DNA of 20,000 nucleotides from an uncultured virus (IMG/VR IMGVR_UViG_3300010158_003181) (IMGVR_UViG_3300010158_003181); one strand, 5' to 3'. Positions 1 through 9,046 are shown, counted from the first letter of the stretch. Notes: generated from the sequence alone by a model not told the origin. Numbers and translations: made by a program.

Positions 1-2
1 GT

Positions 3-2027
3 TTGTTCATCACTGTTAACTTTATAATCGTTCAATGGATTTATATCGTTGTAATTATAAACAATGTCCTGCAAACATTTAATTTTATTGGGATTAGCTG
101 CTTCGATCAATGCATAGAACACACTACCGTCGCCTCCTGCTTTGTACCATTCCCCTTGACTGTCTTGAAACATATTGTTATCAATACTATTAATTAGATG
201 TTTCCTAAAGGTACGAAAATGCGTATAAGGTAAAATCCAGTTAAAGTGATGGTTACGATAATTTCCGGACTGCTTAATCTTTTCAGGATATGGTTGACTA
301 ATCAACGGAATGTTATCAACCATACTCCAGCAACTACCATAAGTAAATTCAGTGTCAGCATCGTATACAGTATTGTAATAGGATAATACAGTATTGTCGT
401 TAATTAAACTATCATCACCATCGAGCAACATTACAATCGCACCATCATTTAATGTACGTATGGTGTCAATTTGATTTTTAACAGCACCTTGATTAGTTGT
501 ATTTTTAATTAATATAAATTTATCTTGTATCTCAATGGGTAACTTGCTGATTACATATTCTACAACTTCAATGGAATTATCAGTTGAGCAATCGTCAATC
601 AGTATATGACGGTAATTATTGTAATCCTGTGTGGCCACACTGAGGATACATTTTTCAATGTAATGAGCACAATTATAAAATGGGCTAAGAATTACAAATT
701 CTTGTTCAACATTGGATTTATAAGTTTCAAGTTCAATCTCATTATGGAATCTACGTTTCCATATTTTATTGACTTTGTGATTAATTTTACTAGCTTCTCT
801 ATATTCATCAGCAGGGAGATAATTGCCTGTCTTTTTAAAGAAATGCTGTTTCCACTGCAATGCCACACTGTCCCATCCTGCTATATCTTTGATGATGTTG
901 CAATAGTATTGTTTTTGTTGATGTAGATATTTGTTATGATATGCTGCTAGTGTTGCATTGACAAAATGTTCAACTTGTGCCGATGAATTAATAGTGGGAA
1001 ATAAACCGTTGGGTACTATGGCATAGTCAATGAGATAACAGGCACCGTCTAATGCAATTTCTTCCAAAGCGCCAAATCTGCAAGTGATCACAGGAGTATT
1101 GTAGATTAAACTTTCTAATGTACTAATTCCGTAAGTTTCAGGAAATGCTGCAGGATATATCATGAAATTAGATTCAGATAATATCTTTGCAATTTCGTAC
1201 TGTGGTATAATGCCAGTAAATTCTATACCCTTGGCCTGATTATTGACATCATCTGCTAGCTGTCGCCATTTTGTTTCTTGTTCATCAGGTGCATCACCGG
1301 AGCTAAATCTATAATAGCCTCCAATGATTTTTAATTTTGCCTGTGGCAATTGATGTTTAATCCTTGGCCAAATTTGTTCCACCAAGGGGACCATGCCCTT
1401 GCTAACAGAAGCATTATATACAAATAAATTTGGGTCTTTAGCTTGTATATCAACTTCGAGATTATAATTCCTAGCACCGTTTCTAGTAATGAATAACTTG
1501 CGTTTTAATACTTCAAAGTTTCTTTTCTTACCATGGTCGCAATTGGCCACATAGGTTGAATGAAAGTCACTGAGTGTAAAAATGTCAGTGATACGATTTG
1601 CATTGGCCAAATCTTCAATCAATAAGTCTCCGAGGCAAAATGTATCATGCATCCATAACACACGCATCTTGGCTTTGCTTAGAATACGATCATATAGATT
1701 CATATCCTTAAATGGCCAAGCTCTTGCATCACCTAATTTCTGATAGTCATTTGGATCTGTAAATGGTATTACAGTCCTAGAACTAATAATTATATCAAAA
1801 ATATGATCTTGTGCAAGATCAGTTAATGGACGATATGTTACGTCATCATATATGCCTGCTTTTGCGTGATCAATATTACAGTTATTGAACACGGTAACAT
1901 TAAAATCTAATTCGGCTAATTCTCGAGCCATTAAAGTAACAGCACTTTCGCTGCCACCTAATCCTTGTTTATCCACAGTAGTACCATCGAATGGTATACC
2001 AATAATGTCTATTATAGCAATTTTCAT
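3..2027 (-). CDS. Two-domain glycosyltransferase: N-terminal GT-B/GT4-like plus C-terminal GT-A/GT2-like; 3' end truncated by the window edge (>675 aa)
   Basis: Not in the ORF track (no stop inside the window). Manual translation from ATG at 2027: MKIAIIDIIGIPFDGTTVDKQGLGGSESAVTLMARELA... GT4 hallmarks: GGSE, LWMHD, EFTGIIPQ, IYPAAFPETYGISTLES..NTPVIT (ExxGxxxxE, ~1090-1160). From ~700 downward GT2 hallmarks: ILSPFYNCAHYIEKCILSVATQDY, LIDDCSTDNS, LLDGDD. The frame stays open to position 3. Confidence 0.92.
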   Translation of the reverse strand, partial: MKIAIIDIIGIPFDGTTVDKQGLGGSESAVTLMARELAELDFNVTVFNNCNIDHAKAGIYDDVTYRPLTDLAQDHIFDIIISSRTVIPFTDPNDYQKLGDARAWPFKDMNLYDRILSKAKMRVLWMHDTFCLGDLLIEDLANANRITDIFTLSDFHSTYVANCDHGKKRNFEVLKRKLFITRNGARNYNLEVDIQAKDPNLFVYNASVSKGMVPLVEQIWPRIKHQLPQAKLKIIGGYYRFSSGDAPDEQETKWRQLADDVNNQAKGIEFTGIIPQYEIAKILSESNFMIYPAAFPETYGISTLESLIYNTPVITCRFGALEEIALDGACYLIDYAIVPNGLFPTINSSAQVEHFVNATLAAYHNKYLHQQKQYYCNIIKDIAGWDSVALQWKQHFFKKTGNYLPADEYREASKINHKVNKIWKRRFHNEIELETYKSNVEQEFVILSPFYNCAHYIEKCILSVATQDYNNYRHILIDDCSTDNSIEVVEYVISKLPIEIQDKFILIKNTTNQGAVKNQIDTIRTLNDGAIVMLLDGDDSLINDNTVLSYYNTVYDADTEFTYGSCWSMVDNIPLISQPYPEKIKQSGNYRNHHFNWILPYTHFRTFRKHLINSIDNNMFQDSQGEWYKAGGDGSVFYALIEAANPNKIKCLQDIVYNYNDINPLNDYKVNSDEQ

Positions 2028-2034
2028 ACTATTA

Positions 2035-2062
2035 ATTATACACTACAGGTACTGTGTGTCAA
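2035..2062 (-). promoter_or_regulatory. Sigma70-consensus promoter for the GT4/GT2 gene
   Basis: Minus strand reads TTGACA (2062-2057), 16 nt, TATAAT (2040-2035), 7 nt, ATG (2027). Both hexamers are perfect and lie in the 51-bp intergenic gap. Confidence 0.8.
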
Positions 2063-2078
2063 TAATATTGAGTATGGT

Positions 2079-5000
2079 TTATCTTAACCGTGGATAAGTC
2101 AGTGGTGGCGGAAGTAAAGGGTCTGTATATCGAGCAATTTGTGTAATTCTTAAATCATCAATATATCCCTTAAATGATAATGAATTATAGGATATTCCAA
2201 TGTACTTAAATGGTATTGTGTAATTTGTTGTATTTGTTGTAGAACTAGTAATTGCAGAATTTATATACATAGTTAATATAGATCCAGATCTAACAACTGC
2301 TACATGATTCCATATATTAACAATCACAGTTCCTGTGGTAACAAATGTGGTATTATCTTTCCAACCAATTTGACTGCCCACAGCATCGTTCACTCCTGTA
2401 TATCCTAAATATGCAGATCCCGGAACACTGGTACTAGTAGTCCTAGAATCTAATAATGCCGGTGCGGTAGTTGAGGTACTGTACAAACTAAGTGGGTACA
2501 TCCACATTTCTATTGTAAAATCCCCAGAGCCCAGTGCTGTTAAATTTGTTGCAGTGGTTGTTGAAGTCGAACCTATACCCAATCCATCACCGTCACCATC
2601 AAAGTATATACTAGTGGCATTATATTTAACAATTGAATTTGAAACTGATATATCACCTATGGAATATATATTATTTTGTGTAGTGGCATCAAATATTTTA
2701 CTTTCAGTGGCATTAATTAATAAACTAGTGTTAGCAAATTTAAATTCAATAGCTCCGCTGGAATTAAACACATAAACTTTATAGCTGTTTGTGGTATAAA
2801 CTCCAGTTGTACCTGTGGTCAACGGTGCAGTAGTAAGCGTATCTGTATGCCATATAATTACTTTACCTGATCCTCCGGTGCCGCCGGTGCCGCCGCCGCC
2901 GTAGTAATCGCCGCCGCTGCCGGCTCCCCCGTTGCCAGTGTTTGTGCCGGCTGCAGGTGGACTTAAGGAGTTGGATGGTGTGCCACCTGCAGAAAATGTT
3001 GCCGAATATGTTGAACTACTAGCAACACTAACATACAGTCCGGAACCACCAACACCGTAAGCTCCTGCACTAGATGCACCACCTGCAGAACCAGCGCCAC
3101 CACCACCGCCACCGAAATAGCTGCTGCGGCCCTGGCCGGCAACGCTGTAGCTGTAACCGCCACTATTCCCTCCACTATTTCCATATCCAATTCCAGAACC
3201 ATTTAGTCCCAGTGTATTTTGTGTAGATGTACCAGCCTGGGTTGCCGCCGTTTGATAACTATAGGCATTACCACCACTACCAGAACCACCAGCGAGACCT
3301 ACGGTACCGGCTGCATCCGACCCACCACCACCACCACCTTTAGCTAGAATATTTGGAGGAATATTAAGTCCAACCAGTTGACTATCTTGGCCATTGGTCC
3401 GGGAACCACCGCCTGCACCCACAGTGATAGTTATTACACCCATGATATCAGTGGCAGTAAAGCTACCAACTGTTAGGCCGCCTGCGCCGCCGCCTGCGCC
3501 ATATTCTGTGCCATAGGCCGCACTGGGAGTGTATTGGCCAGTCCCACCACCACCGCCACCTGCTACTACTACATAATTAATTGTAAAACTTGATGATTGA
3601 GATCTAGTGTCAGGTGTTAATGGTGTAACTGGTAATGTATATGTTGTAACACCTCCAGCAGTTGTTATCCGTTCTGAAATAGCGCCTCGTAATATACGTA
3701 GATTCGATAGATACCCCTTGTAATATCCAAGATTTAGATATGTCGATCTACCTATACTAAAATTATTAGTAATCAATTTAAAATTAGGAGATACAGCAGT
3801 ATACAAACTGCTTAGAACAGTTGTAATTGTAATAGATGTAACAGTAGTACCGGCAGATGTGCCATTGATATACAAAGTTACAGTTGTATTATTTCTAACT
3901 AATGCTATATGATTCCATGCTCTAAATTTAACTTTTAAATTTTCTGCATCGGTACTTGTAAATGTAGTGGCAGTTCCTAGACTAACTGTACATCGCCCCG
4001 AAGTCTGCAATGCCAAAGACATCCCATCGTTGGTAGACGTAGTAGCTGTACCAAATGTCATAGCACCGGATATGTTATATCGACTATCGATAAAATACAC
4101 AGTGGTGCTAATTGGTTCTGGATAAGACCAAAATTCTATACTAAAACTGTTATTTTGAAAATTAACAGCATTAGGATTCACTGTTAAAAAGTCTGTGCTA
4201 CCATCAAAGTAAACACTACCACCGGTCAACAGTGTGTTATATGGCCCGGGATTTATAAAGGGAGAGAATCTACGTATTGCAGGAGTACCATTTTGACTAA
4301 CTGTAAAATTATAATTGCTTTTGTCAATAAGTGATCCACTTGCAGAAACCAACAAGTTAGTATTATTAACTAACGGAAACGGTGATCTAGGTAATGCAAT
4401 TATACTTGATCCATTTAAAAAACGAAAATTTGACATGTAACCCTGGAAATAGTTGGTACCGTCATAGCCAATATATATAGATTGAGTATTATTATACACT
4501 GTTCCAGTGCTGGACGCGGTTACTAAATTACCGCCATTTAACATGCTGGTATAGGTTGATCCGGACCTAGATAGAGATATGTGATTCCAAGTGTTCAAAT
4601 TAATCAGAGTGTTAGATATTGGTAGATAATCTGTTCCGAACGTAATAGTTCCACTACCGGTGAATATATATATTCTAAATCCGCCTGTCACAGTGTATGT
4701 TACTGGGCCAATTGTTGTTGCTGGTGCATAGGTATCAGAATAACGAAGAATGACTACTCCCGACCCGCCTCTACTACCCGCAGTCCCTGACTCACCGCCA
4801 CCACCGCCACCACCTCCTCCAGTATTTGCGGTGGCGTTTGAGGCAGCCCTGTAATTGTAAGCTGCGCCATAGCCACCGCCATAACTAAGGCCGAAGCCGG
4901 TGTAACTGCTGTTGCCGCCGCCACCACCTCCTCCTCGGCCAACAGATGTCCCTGTAATAGTCGAATATAATCCTATGCCACCTTCTCCTCCTCCTCCGAC

Positions 5001-8000
5001 CCCGCCAGCACCACCGCCTCCGTTGTTATAATAGCTAAAACTGCCGCTAAGACTGCCACCGGCAAATCCTTGCCCAGTTGTGCCAGCACCACCAGTACCG
5101 CTACCGGAGTTGCCTTGAGCACCGCCACCACCACCAGACCCTCCAGCAAGGCCATTACCAACATTATCATAATAACTACTACCACCACCACCACCACCGT
5201 TTGCAACCACGCTTACATTTGGGCCTGTTATAGAAGAATAGTTGCCAGATTGTCCTGTTCCAAAGAACGGCGTTCCTCCACCATCTCCCACCGTTACGGT
5301 ATAAAGGGTAAGAGTTTGTACCGTAAGCGTATTCTCGGCAGATGCTCCGCCTCCAGATGTTTCGACAGATGTTCTATATCCACCAGCACCTCCTCCAGCG
5401 CCGCCAAGACCACCACCACCACCTCCTCCACCACCACCACCAATGACTAGAAAATCAACACTCTGTGGCGGGCGAACTTCAGCAATTGAAGTAGTTACTG
5501 TATTTTGAGCACTTATTTTTAAGTTAAAAGGACTGAGTTCACTAGTGATTGATTTTGTAATAATCGTAGAAGTGGATGCACGAGTTGAATAAAACCAACC
5601 CTCTACTGTAAAATCTGAACTAATATTGAATACACTGCTGTGTTGAATGCTTAGGTAGTCAGTGGTGCCATTAAAATATGTACTCCAATTTGTTGAGTAT
5701 GGATTAAATGATCCTTGTGCCAACATATTCCCATACCCTTGAACAGGATATGATAATATACTTGAATCTTTTAAATATCTATTACCCCATTGTGGACCAA
5801 ATGTAATTGTTCCGCTGCCATTAAGAAATGCATATATTATATAATCATTTTGATATGATATATTATATGCACTTTTATTTCCAACTGCTGCTATTGGCAA
5901 TGATGCTAAATGCCAGAAGAATGCAAGACCACCACCGCCGGAATATCCAGCACTTCCACTTCCACCTCCACCATTTCCGCCTATTGGGCCGGCACCGTTA
6001 ATACCACCATTACTATCGCCACCACCAGTGGCAAAAGTATTTGAAAAAGTTGAAGAGCTAGCTATATTAACATATTTTCCAGCAACAACAACTGAACCGT
6101 CTGGTGAGTTAGAAAGATAGACTGTATTCCCACTACCTGTAATATTAACTTTTTTAATATTAGTAGGACGGGTACCTAATCGATCATCATTGCCTACTTG
6201 AAATAATCCGCCATCATCATGTCCCCAGTCTGCAAACCATAGATATCCTGATGAATCAATGGATCCAAATATATCCATGTCGCTTTGCGTTGAGTACCCA
6301 GCAGTAAAACTACTTTTTCCAATAATTGAACTTGGACCGTAACCTGTGTTTTCTTTCCAACCCGATGTTCCACCATAGTAAAAGTTCCCGTTACTATGGA
6401 AAGAAGAATAACCATCAATTGAAAATAATTGTGTTCCCACTGAATCTTCTTCTGTAGTATTTCCATATGTTTGACCAAATGACACACTGATTGGAAAAGC
6501 AACAGAAGTTAATACGCCTGTGGATAAATTTACTGTAAACAATCTTGCGGAGTTGGTATTCCAACGTCCAATCATAAATTGATTAACACCGTCCGACATT
6601 GTCCATAAACTGTTGCGGGGCGACGCAGTTCCTATTGCAGCCTGTTCACTTGCTGAAAATGTTCCAGTAGTAAAAGAATTTACTTTATATTTTTGTGTAG
6701 ACAAGTTAATCCACACAGTACTACTTGTTGCAGGGAACGTAACTATTGTTGCGCTGGCGCTGCCAGCGTTTATAAACGTAGATCCAGGATAATACGTTAC
6801 ACTATCAAGTGCTGAATTTGTAATAGTAGCGGCGCTCCCTTGAAATTTGTCCCAGTTGCCGCCCCAAGTATCTGTATTATTTCTAGCAATTACACCTTTA
6901 CCATCTGCATCCATGAATAAACTATCATGGTCGTCATTACTATAGAATAATATACTAGTAGTAGCAGCAGTGTATGCTGGGGTTACGCCACCAGTAGTAA
7001 ACATAGACTGCGAAATTGTAGTTCCGAGTGTGTTTTTTACATATGCTACACTAATAGTTATATTGCCACTGGCAGTTGCAAGTATATATTTTAAAAATCC
7101 TTTATTTGGTAACGCAATAAATCCAGTAATAGGAAGTAATGCATCAATGGATGTAATTGGGCCAACTGAGGTAGCGTCATAACTGCTACCTGATATCAAT
7201 GAAAACCCAGAACTAAGACCACTAGTAGCTGCACCAGCGCCACCGCCTTGGGCAACATAGAGACCTCCGCCACCCATGAAACCTGCATGACCCCAATAAT
7301 TAGGACCATTATTTAGTGATAATGTTGTAATACCAGCAGTACCTCCGGGGCTACCACCACCACTGCCACCACTTGCTAATGGGCTATTAACATATGCTCC
7401 TGCATAGCTATAACTTTGTCCAGCACCGCCGCCAGTAGCAGTAATTGTTTGTGCAGTATCGCCGCCTAGTGGTTGTTTTCCGTTAACTGTGGATGATGTA
7501 CCAGTACTTGCAAAGCGGGCAGAGTCATTAGCTGCACCAGCGCCACCTGCACCAATTGTAACAATTAATGTATTACTAAGTAAAGGATTAAACGAATTTA
7601 CATAAAGACCACCAGCCCCACCGCCGCCACCGGCATATGAAACACTAGAATAAGTTCCGCCACCCCCACCACCACCACCACCGCCGATGAGCAACATATT
7701 AATTTCACCAGTTGAGTAACTTACTGATGATTGATTACTTAATAATAAATTATTATATGCAAAATAGGGATCAAATGACTGTGGGGTACTTGCTATATAT
7801 TTTGTGTATCGTATAATAACAATACCAGAACCGCCGGGGAAACCACTAGTACCGCCGTTTCCACCACCACCAGTATTTGGGGTACCTGCTGATTCAGCAC
7901 CACCACCACCGCTTGAAGCAGTGCCATCTAAACCAGAGCCACCACCTGCGTATGAAATGCCATTAAGCCAAGTTGCACCATTACCGCCTGTGACACCGCT

Positions 8001-8504
8001 GCCTGCAGATCCAGCACCGCCGCCAGCCCCGTCGCCTCCGGCAAAACCTTGACTAGGATTTGTAACCAGCGCAGCTTGGCCGGAGCCGGGGACCAGAACA
8101 CCATTACCGCCACCGCCTGAACCTCCGGAGTAACCAGCATTACCGCCACCATACGCTGTGGAACTAACACCGTTTCCTATAATTGAGGAATTGCCTCCCG
8201 TGTTGGTTCCACTGTCTGCTATGCCACCCTGTCCCACAGTGACGGTAAATGCATTATTTTTTTGAAAGCTAATGGTACTTGATATATATCCACCAGCGCC
8301 GCCGCCGGACAGCCCACTACCACCACCACCGCCACCCACTATTAAACATTCAGCAATTACATTGTATACTGGGACAAATACTGAAGATGTTGTGGTGAAT
8401 GTATGATATACATAGTCAGAAGCTGTGGTAACTGTTCCACCTGTGGCAATAAAGGTAGGTTCTACATACCGTTGACGTTTGATTATTCCTAGATCGTATA
8501 CCAT
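2079..8504 (-). CDS. 2141-aa virion fibre/adhesin-like protein with four glycine-rich modules and three LamG/concanavalin-A-like domains
   Basis: Four copies of (L/V)(I/V)xGGGGGG...G(G/S)G(I/V)VI(I/L)xY-type Gly-rich modules. Three LamG-like units (YFNGTTDYL..DFTVEGWFY..WNHISLSRSG..YFQGYMSNFR; YFDGSTDFL..FSIEFWSY..WNHIALVRN..YYKGYLSNLR; YFDGDGDGL..DFTIEMWMY..WNHVAVVRSG..FKGYIDDLRIT). No clear SD upstream, so the start is less certain. Confidence 0.85.
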   Translation of the reverse strand: MVYDLGIIKRQRYVEPTFIATGGTVTTASDYVYHTFTTTSSVFVPVYNVIAECLIVGGGGGGSGLSGGGAGGYISSTISFQKNNAFTVTVGQGGIADSGTNTGGNSSIIGNGVSSTAYGGGNAGYSGGSGGGGNGVLVPGSGQAALVTNPSQGFAGGDGAGGGAGSAGSGVTGGNGATWLNGISYAGGGSGLDGTASSGGGGAESAGTPNTGGGGNGGTSGFPGGSGIVIIRYTKYIASTPQSFDPYFAYNNLLLSNQSSVSYSTGEINMLLIGGGGGGGGGGTYSSVSYAGGGGGAGGLYVNSFNPLLSNTLIVTIGAGGAGAANDSARFASTGTSSTVNGKQPLGGDTAQTITATGGGAGQSYSYAGAYVNSPLASGGSGGGSPGGTAGITTLSLNNGPNYWGHAGFMGGGGLYVAQGGGAGAATSGLSSGFSLISGSSYDATSVGPITSIDALLPITGFIALPNKGFLKYILATASGNITISVAYVKNTLGTTISQSMFTTGGVTPAYTAATTSILFYSNDDHDSLFMDADGKGVIARNNTDTWGGNWDKFQGSAATITNSALDSVTYYPGSTFINAGSASATIVTFPATSSTVWINLSTQKYKVNSFTTGTFSASEQAAIGTASPRNSLWTMSDGVNQFMIGRWNTNSARLFTVNLSTGVLTSVAFPISVSFGQTYGNTTEEDSVGTQLFSIDGYSSFHSNGNFYYGGTSGWKENTGYGPSSIIGKSSFTAGYSTQSDMDIFGSIDSSGYLWFADWGHDDGGLFQVGNDDRLGTRPTNIKKVNITGSGNTVYLSNSPDGSVVVAGKYVNIASSSTFSNTFATGGGDSNGGINGAGPIGGNGGGGSGSAGYSGGGGLAFFWHLASLPIAAVGNKSAYNISYQNDYIIYAFLNGSGTITFGPQWGNRYLKDSSILSYPVQGYGNMLAQGSFNPYSTNWSTYFNGTTDYLSIQHSSVFNISSDFTVEGWFYSTRASTSTIITKSITSELSPFNLKISAQNTVTTSIAEVRPPQSVDFLVIGGGGGGGGGGGLGGAGGGAGGYRTSVETSGGGASAENTLTVQTLTLYTVTVGDGGGTPFFGTGQSGNYSSITGPNVSVVANGGGGGGSSYYDNVGNGLAGGSGGGGGAQGNSGSGTGGAGTTGQGFAGGSLSGSFSYYNNGGGGAGGVGGGGEGGIGLYSTITGTSVGRGGGGGGGNSSYTGFGLSYGGGYGAAYNYRAASNATANTGGGGGGGGGESGTAGSRGGSGVVILRYSDTYAPATTIGPVTYTVTGGFRIYIFTGSGTITFGTDYLPISNTLINLNTWNHISLSRSGSTYTSMLNGGNLVTASSTGTVYNNTQSIYIGYDGTNYFQGYMSNFRFLNGSSIIALPRSPFPLVNNTNLLVSASGSLIDKSNYNFTVSQNGTPAIRRFSPFINPGPYNTLLTGGSVYFDGSTDFLTVNPNAVNFQNNSFSIEFWSYPEPISTTVYFIDSRYNISGAMTFGTATTSTNDGMSLALQTSGRCTVSLGTATTFTSTDAENLKVKFRAWNHIALVRNNTTVTLYINGTSAGTTVTSITITTVLSSLYTAVSPNFKLITNNFSIGRSTYLNLGYYKGYLSNLRILRGAISERITTAGGVTTYTLPVTPLTPDTRSQSSSFTINYVVVAGGGGGGTGQYTPSAAYGTEYGAGGGAGGLTVGSFTATDIMGVITITVGAGGGSRTNGQDSQLVGLNIPPNILAKGGGGGGSDAAGTVGLAGGSGSGGNAYSYQTAATQAGTSTQNTLGLNGSGIGYGNSGGNSGGYSYSVAGQGRSSYFGGGGGGAGSAGGASSAGAYGVGGSGLYVSVASSSTYSATFSAGGTPSNSLSPPAAGTNTGNGGAGSGGDYYGGGGTGGTGGSGKVIIWHTDTLTTAPLTTGTTGVYTTNSYKVYVFNSSGAIEFKFANTSLLINATESKIFDATTQNNIYSIGDISVSNSIVKYNATSIYFDGDGDGLGIGSTSTTTATNLTALGSGDFTIEMWMYPLSLYSTSTTAPALLDSRTTSTSVPGSAYLGYTGVNDAVGSQIGWKDNTTFVTTGTVIVNIWNHVAVVRSGSILTMYINSAITSSTTNTTNYTIPFKYIGISYNSLSFKGYIDDLRITQIARYTDPLLPPPLTYPRLR

Positions 8505-8535
8505 GAAAAAATTAGTTTAAGGGAGTAGTTGTGAC

Positions 8536-8895
8536 TTATTGTTGTACTACTATTTCAATCCAATTTACTGTTGTTTCGTCCCAAACATATCGCTTTCCGT
8601 CCTCTACCGGCATTGCAATTGGAGCTGCCCAAAGACATGTTTCTTCGTTCAGTACCCAAGAATCAAACGGCTTTGGAGGAATGAATGCATCTCTACCTGC
8701 ATCGTAGGTATATCCTATGCCCGCATAATTTTTTCTCAGTGGAGTACCACCCAACCTATGCTGGCCACCTTGAGTATTATAGCTAGTTTGGACCCATAAG
8801 CTGGGATCGCCCCAATGTCCTGTGTTAAGGACGTCTTGTTCAATAACAATTACTTGTGTTACTATACCGTCTTCTACTTTTGCAAAATGACTCAT
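8536..8895 (-). CDS. 119-aa conserved-looking phage protein, putative fibre assembly chaperone/accessory protein
   Basis: Start moved from 8961 to ATG 8895 (MSHFAKVEDG...): AAGGA lies 10 nt upstream, the late promoter at 8928-8935 falls inside the longer ORF, and the 22-aa extension is intergenic-like. The motifs WVQTSYN, RKNYAGIGYTYD..RDAFIPPKP..SW.LNE.TC.W.AP and Y.WDE...W are ones I recall from small proteins beside Gly-rich fibre genes of aquatic phages. Function is inferred from context. Confidence 0.75.
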   Translation of the reverse strand: MSHFAKVEDGIVTQVIVIEQDVLNTGHWGDPSLWVQTSYNTQGGQHRLGGTPLRKNYAGIGYTYDAGRDAFIPPKPFDSWVLNEETCLWAAPIAMPVEDGKRYVWDETTVNWIEIVVQQ

Positions 8896-8927
8896 TTTTA
8901 AAATCCTTGTAATGATATTGTTATAGC

Positions 8928-8935
8928 TATTTATA
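8928..8935 (-). promoter_or_regulatory. T4-type late promoter motif TATAAATA (proximal, leftward)
   Basis: Plus strand tatttata at 8928-8935 is TATAAATA on minus, 32 nt upstream of ATG 8895. It matches the T4 gp55 late promoter consensus. Confidence 0.75.
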
Positions 8936-9012
8936 ACATTATAATTTATCATAGATGACATTTATACTTGGCAAAATAGGCCATAGTATTCTGTATCATA
9001 TGATGTTAAAGT

Positions 9013-9020
9013 TATTTATA
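9013..9020 (-). promoter_or_regulatory. T4-type late promoter motif TATAAATA (distal, leftward)
   Basis: Second tatttata at 9013-9020 in the same intergenic gap. The AT-rich context makes a chance match possible. Confidence 0.5.
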
Positions 9021-9046
9021 AAATATTTTTAGGGCACTATCATGTC

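Noticed and set aside
3..2097. Short plus-strand ORFs 3-197, 606-926 and 1885-2097
   Set aside because: They are antisense shadows of the motif-rich minus-strand glycosyltransferase.
4635..7217. Inserted segments as inteins or introns
   Set aside because: No C/S...HN-C/S/T splice junction motifs or homing endonuclease motifs were seen, and the frame is continuous.
2554..8170. Short alternative-frame and antisense ORFs within the 2141-aa gene (poly-Val, poly-Thr, poly-Pro)
   Set aside because: They are by-products of GGT/GGC poly-Gly codon runs and have no independent signals.
2864..8340. (CCA/CCG)n triplet runs as phase-variation microsatellites
   Set aside because: They encode poly-Gly with mixed codons, and slippage would be in frame rather than switching the gene on or off.
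8896..8961. 22-aa N-terminal extension of the 141-aa ORF
   Set aside because: It contains the late promoter motif and the SD for ATG 8895, so the shorter start is better supported.
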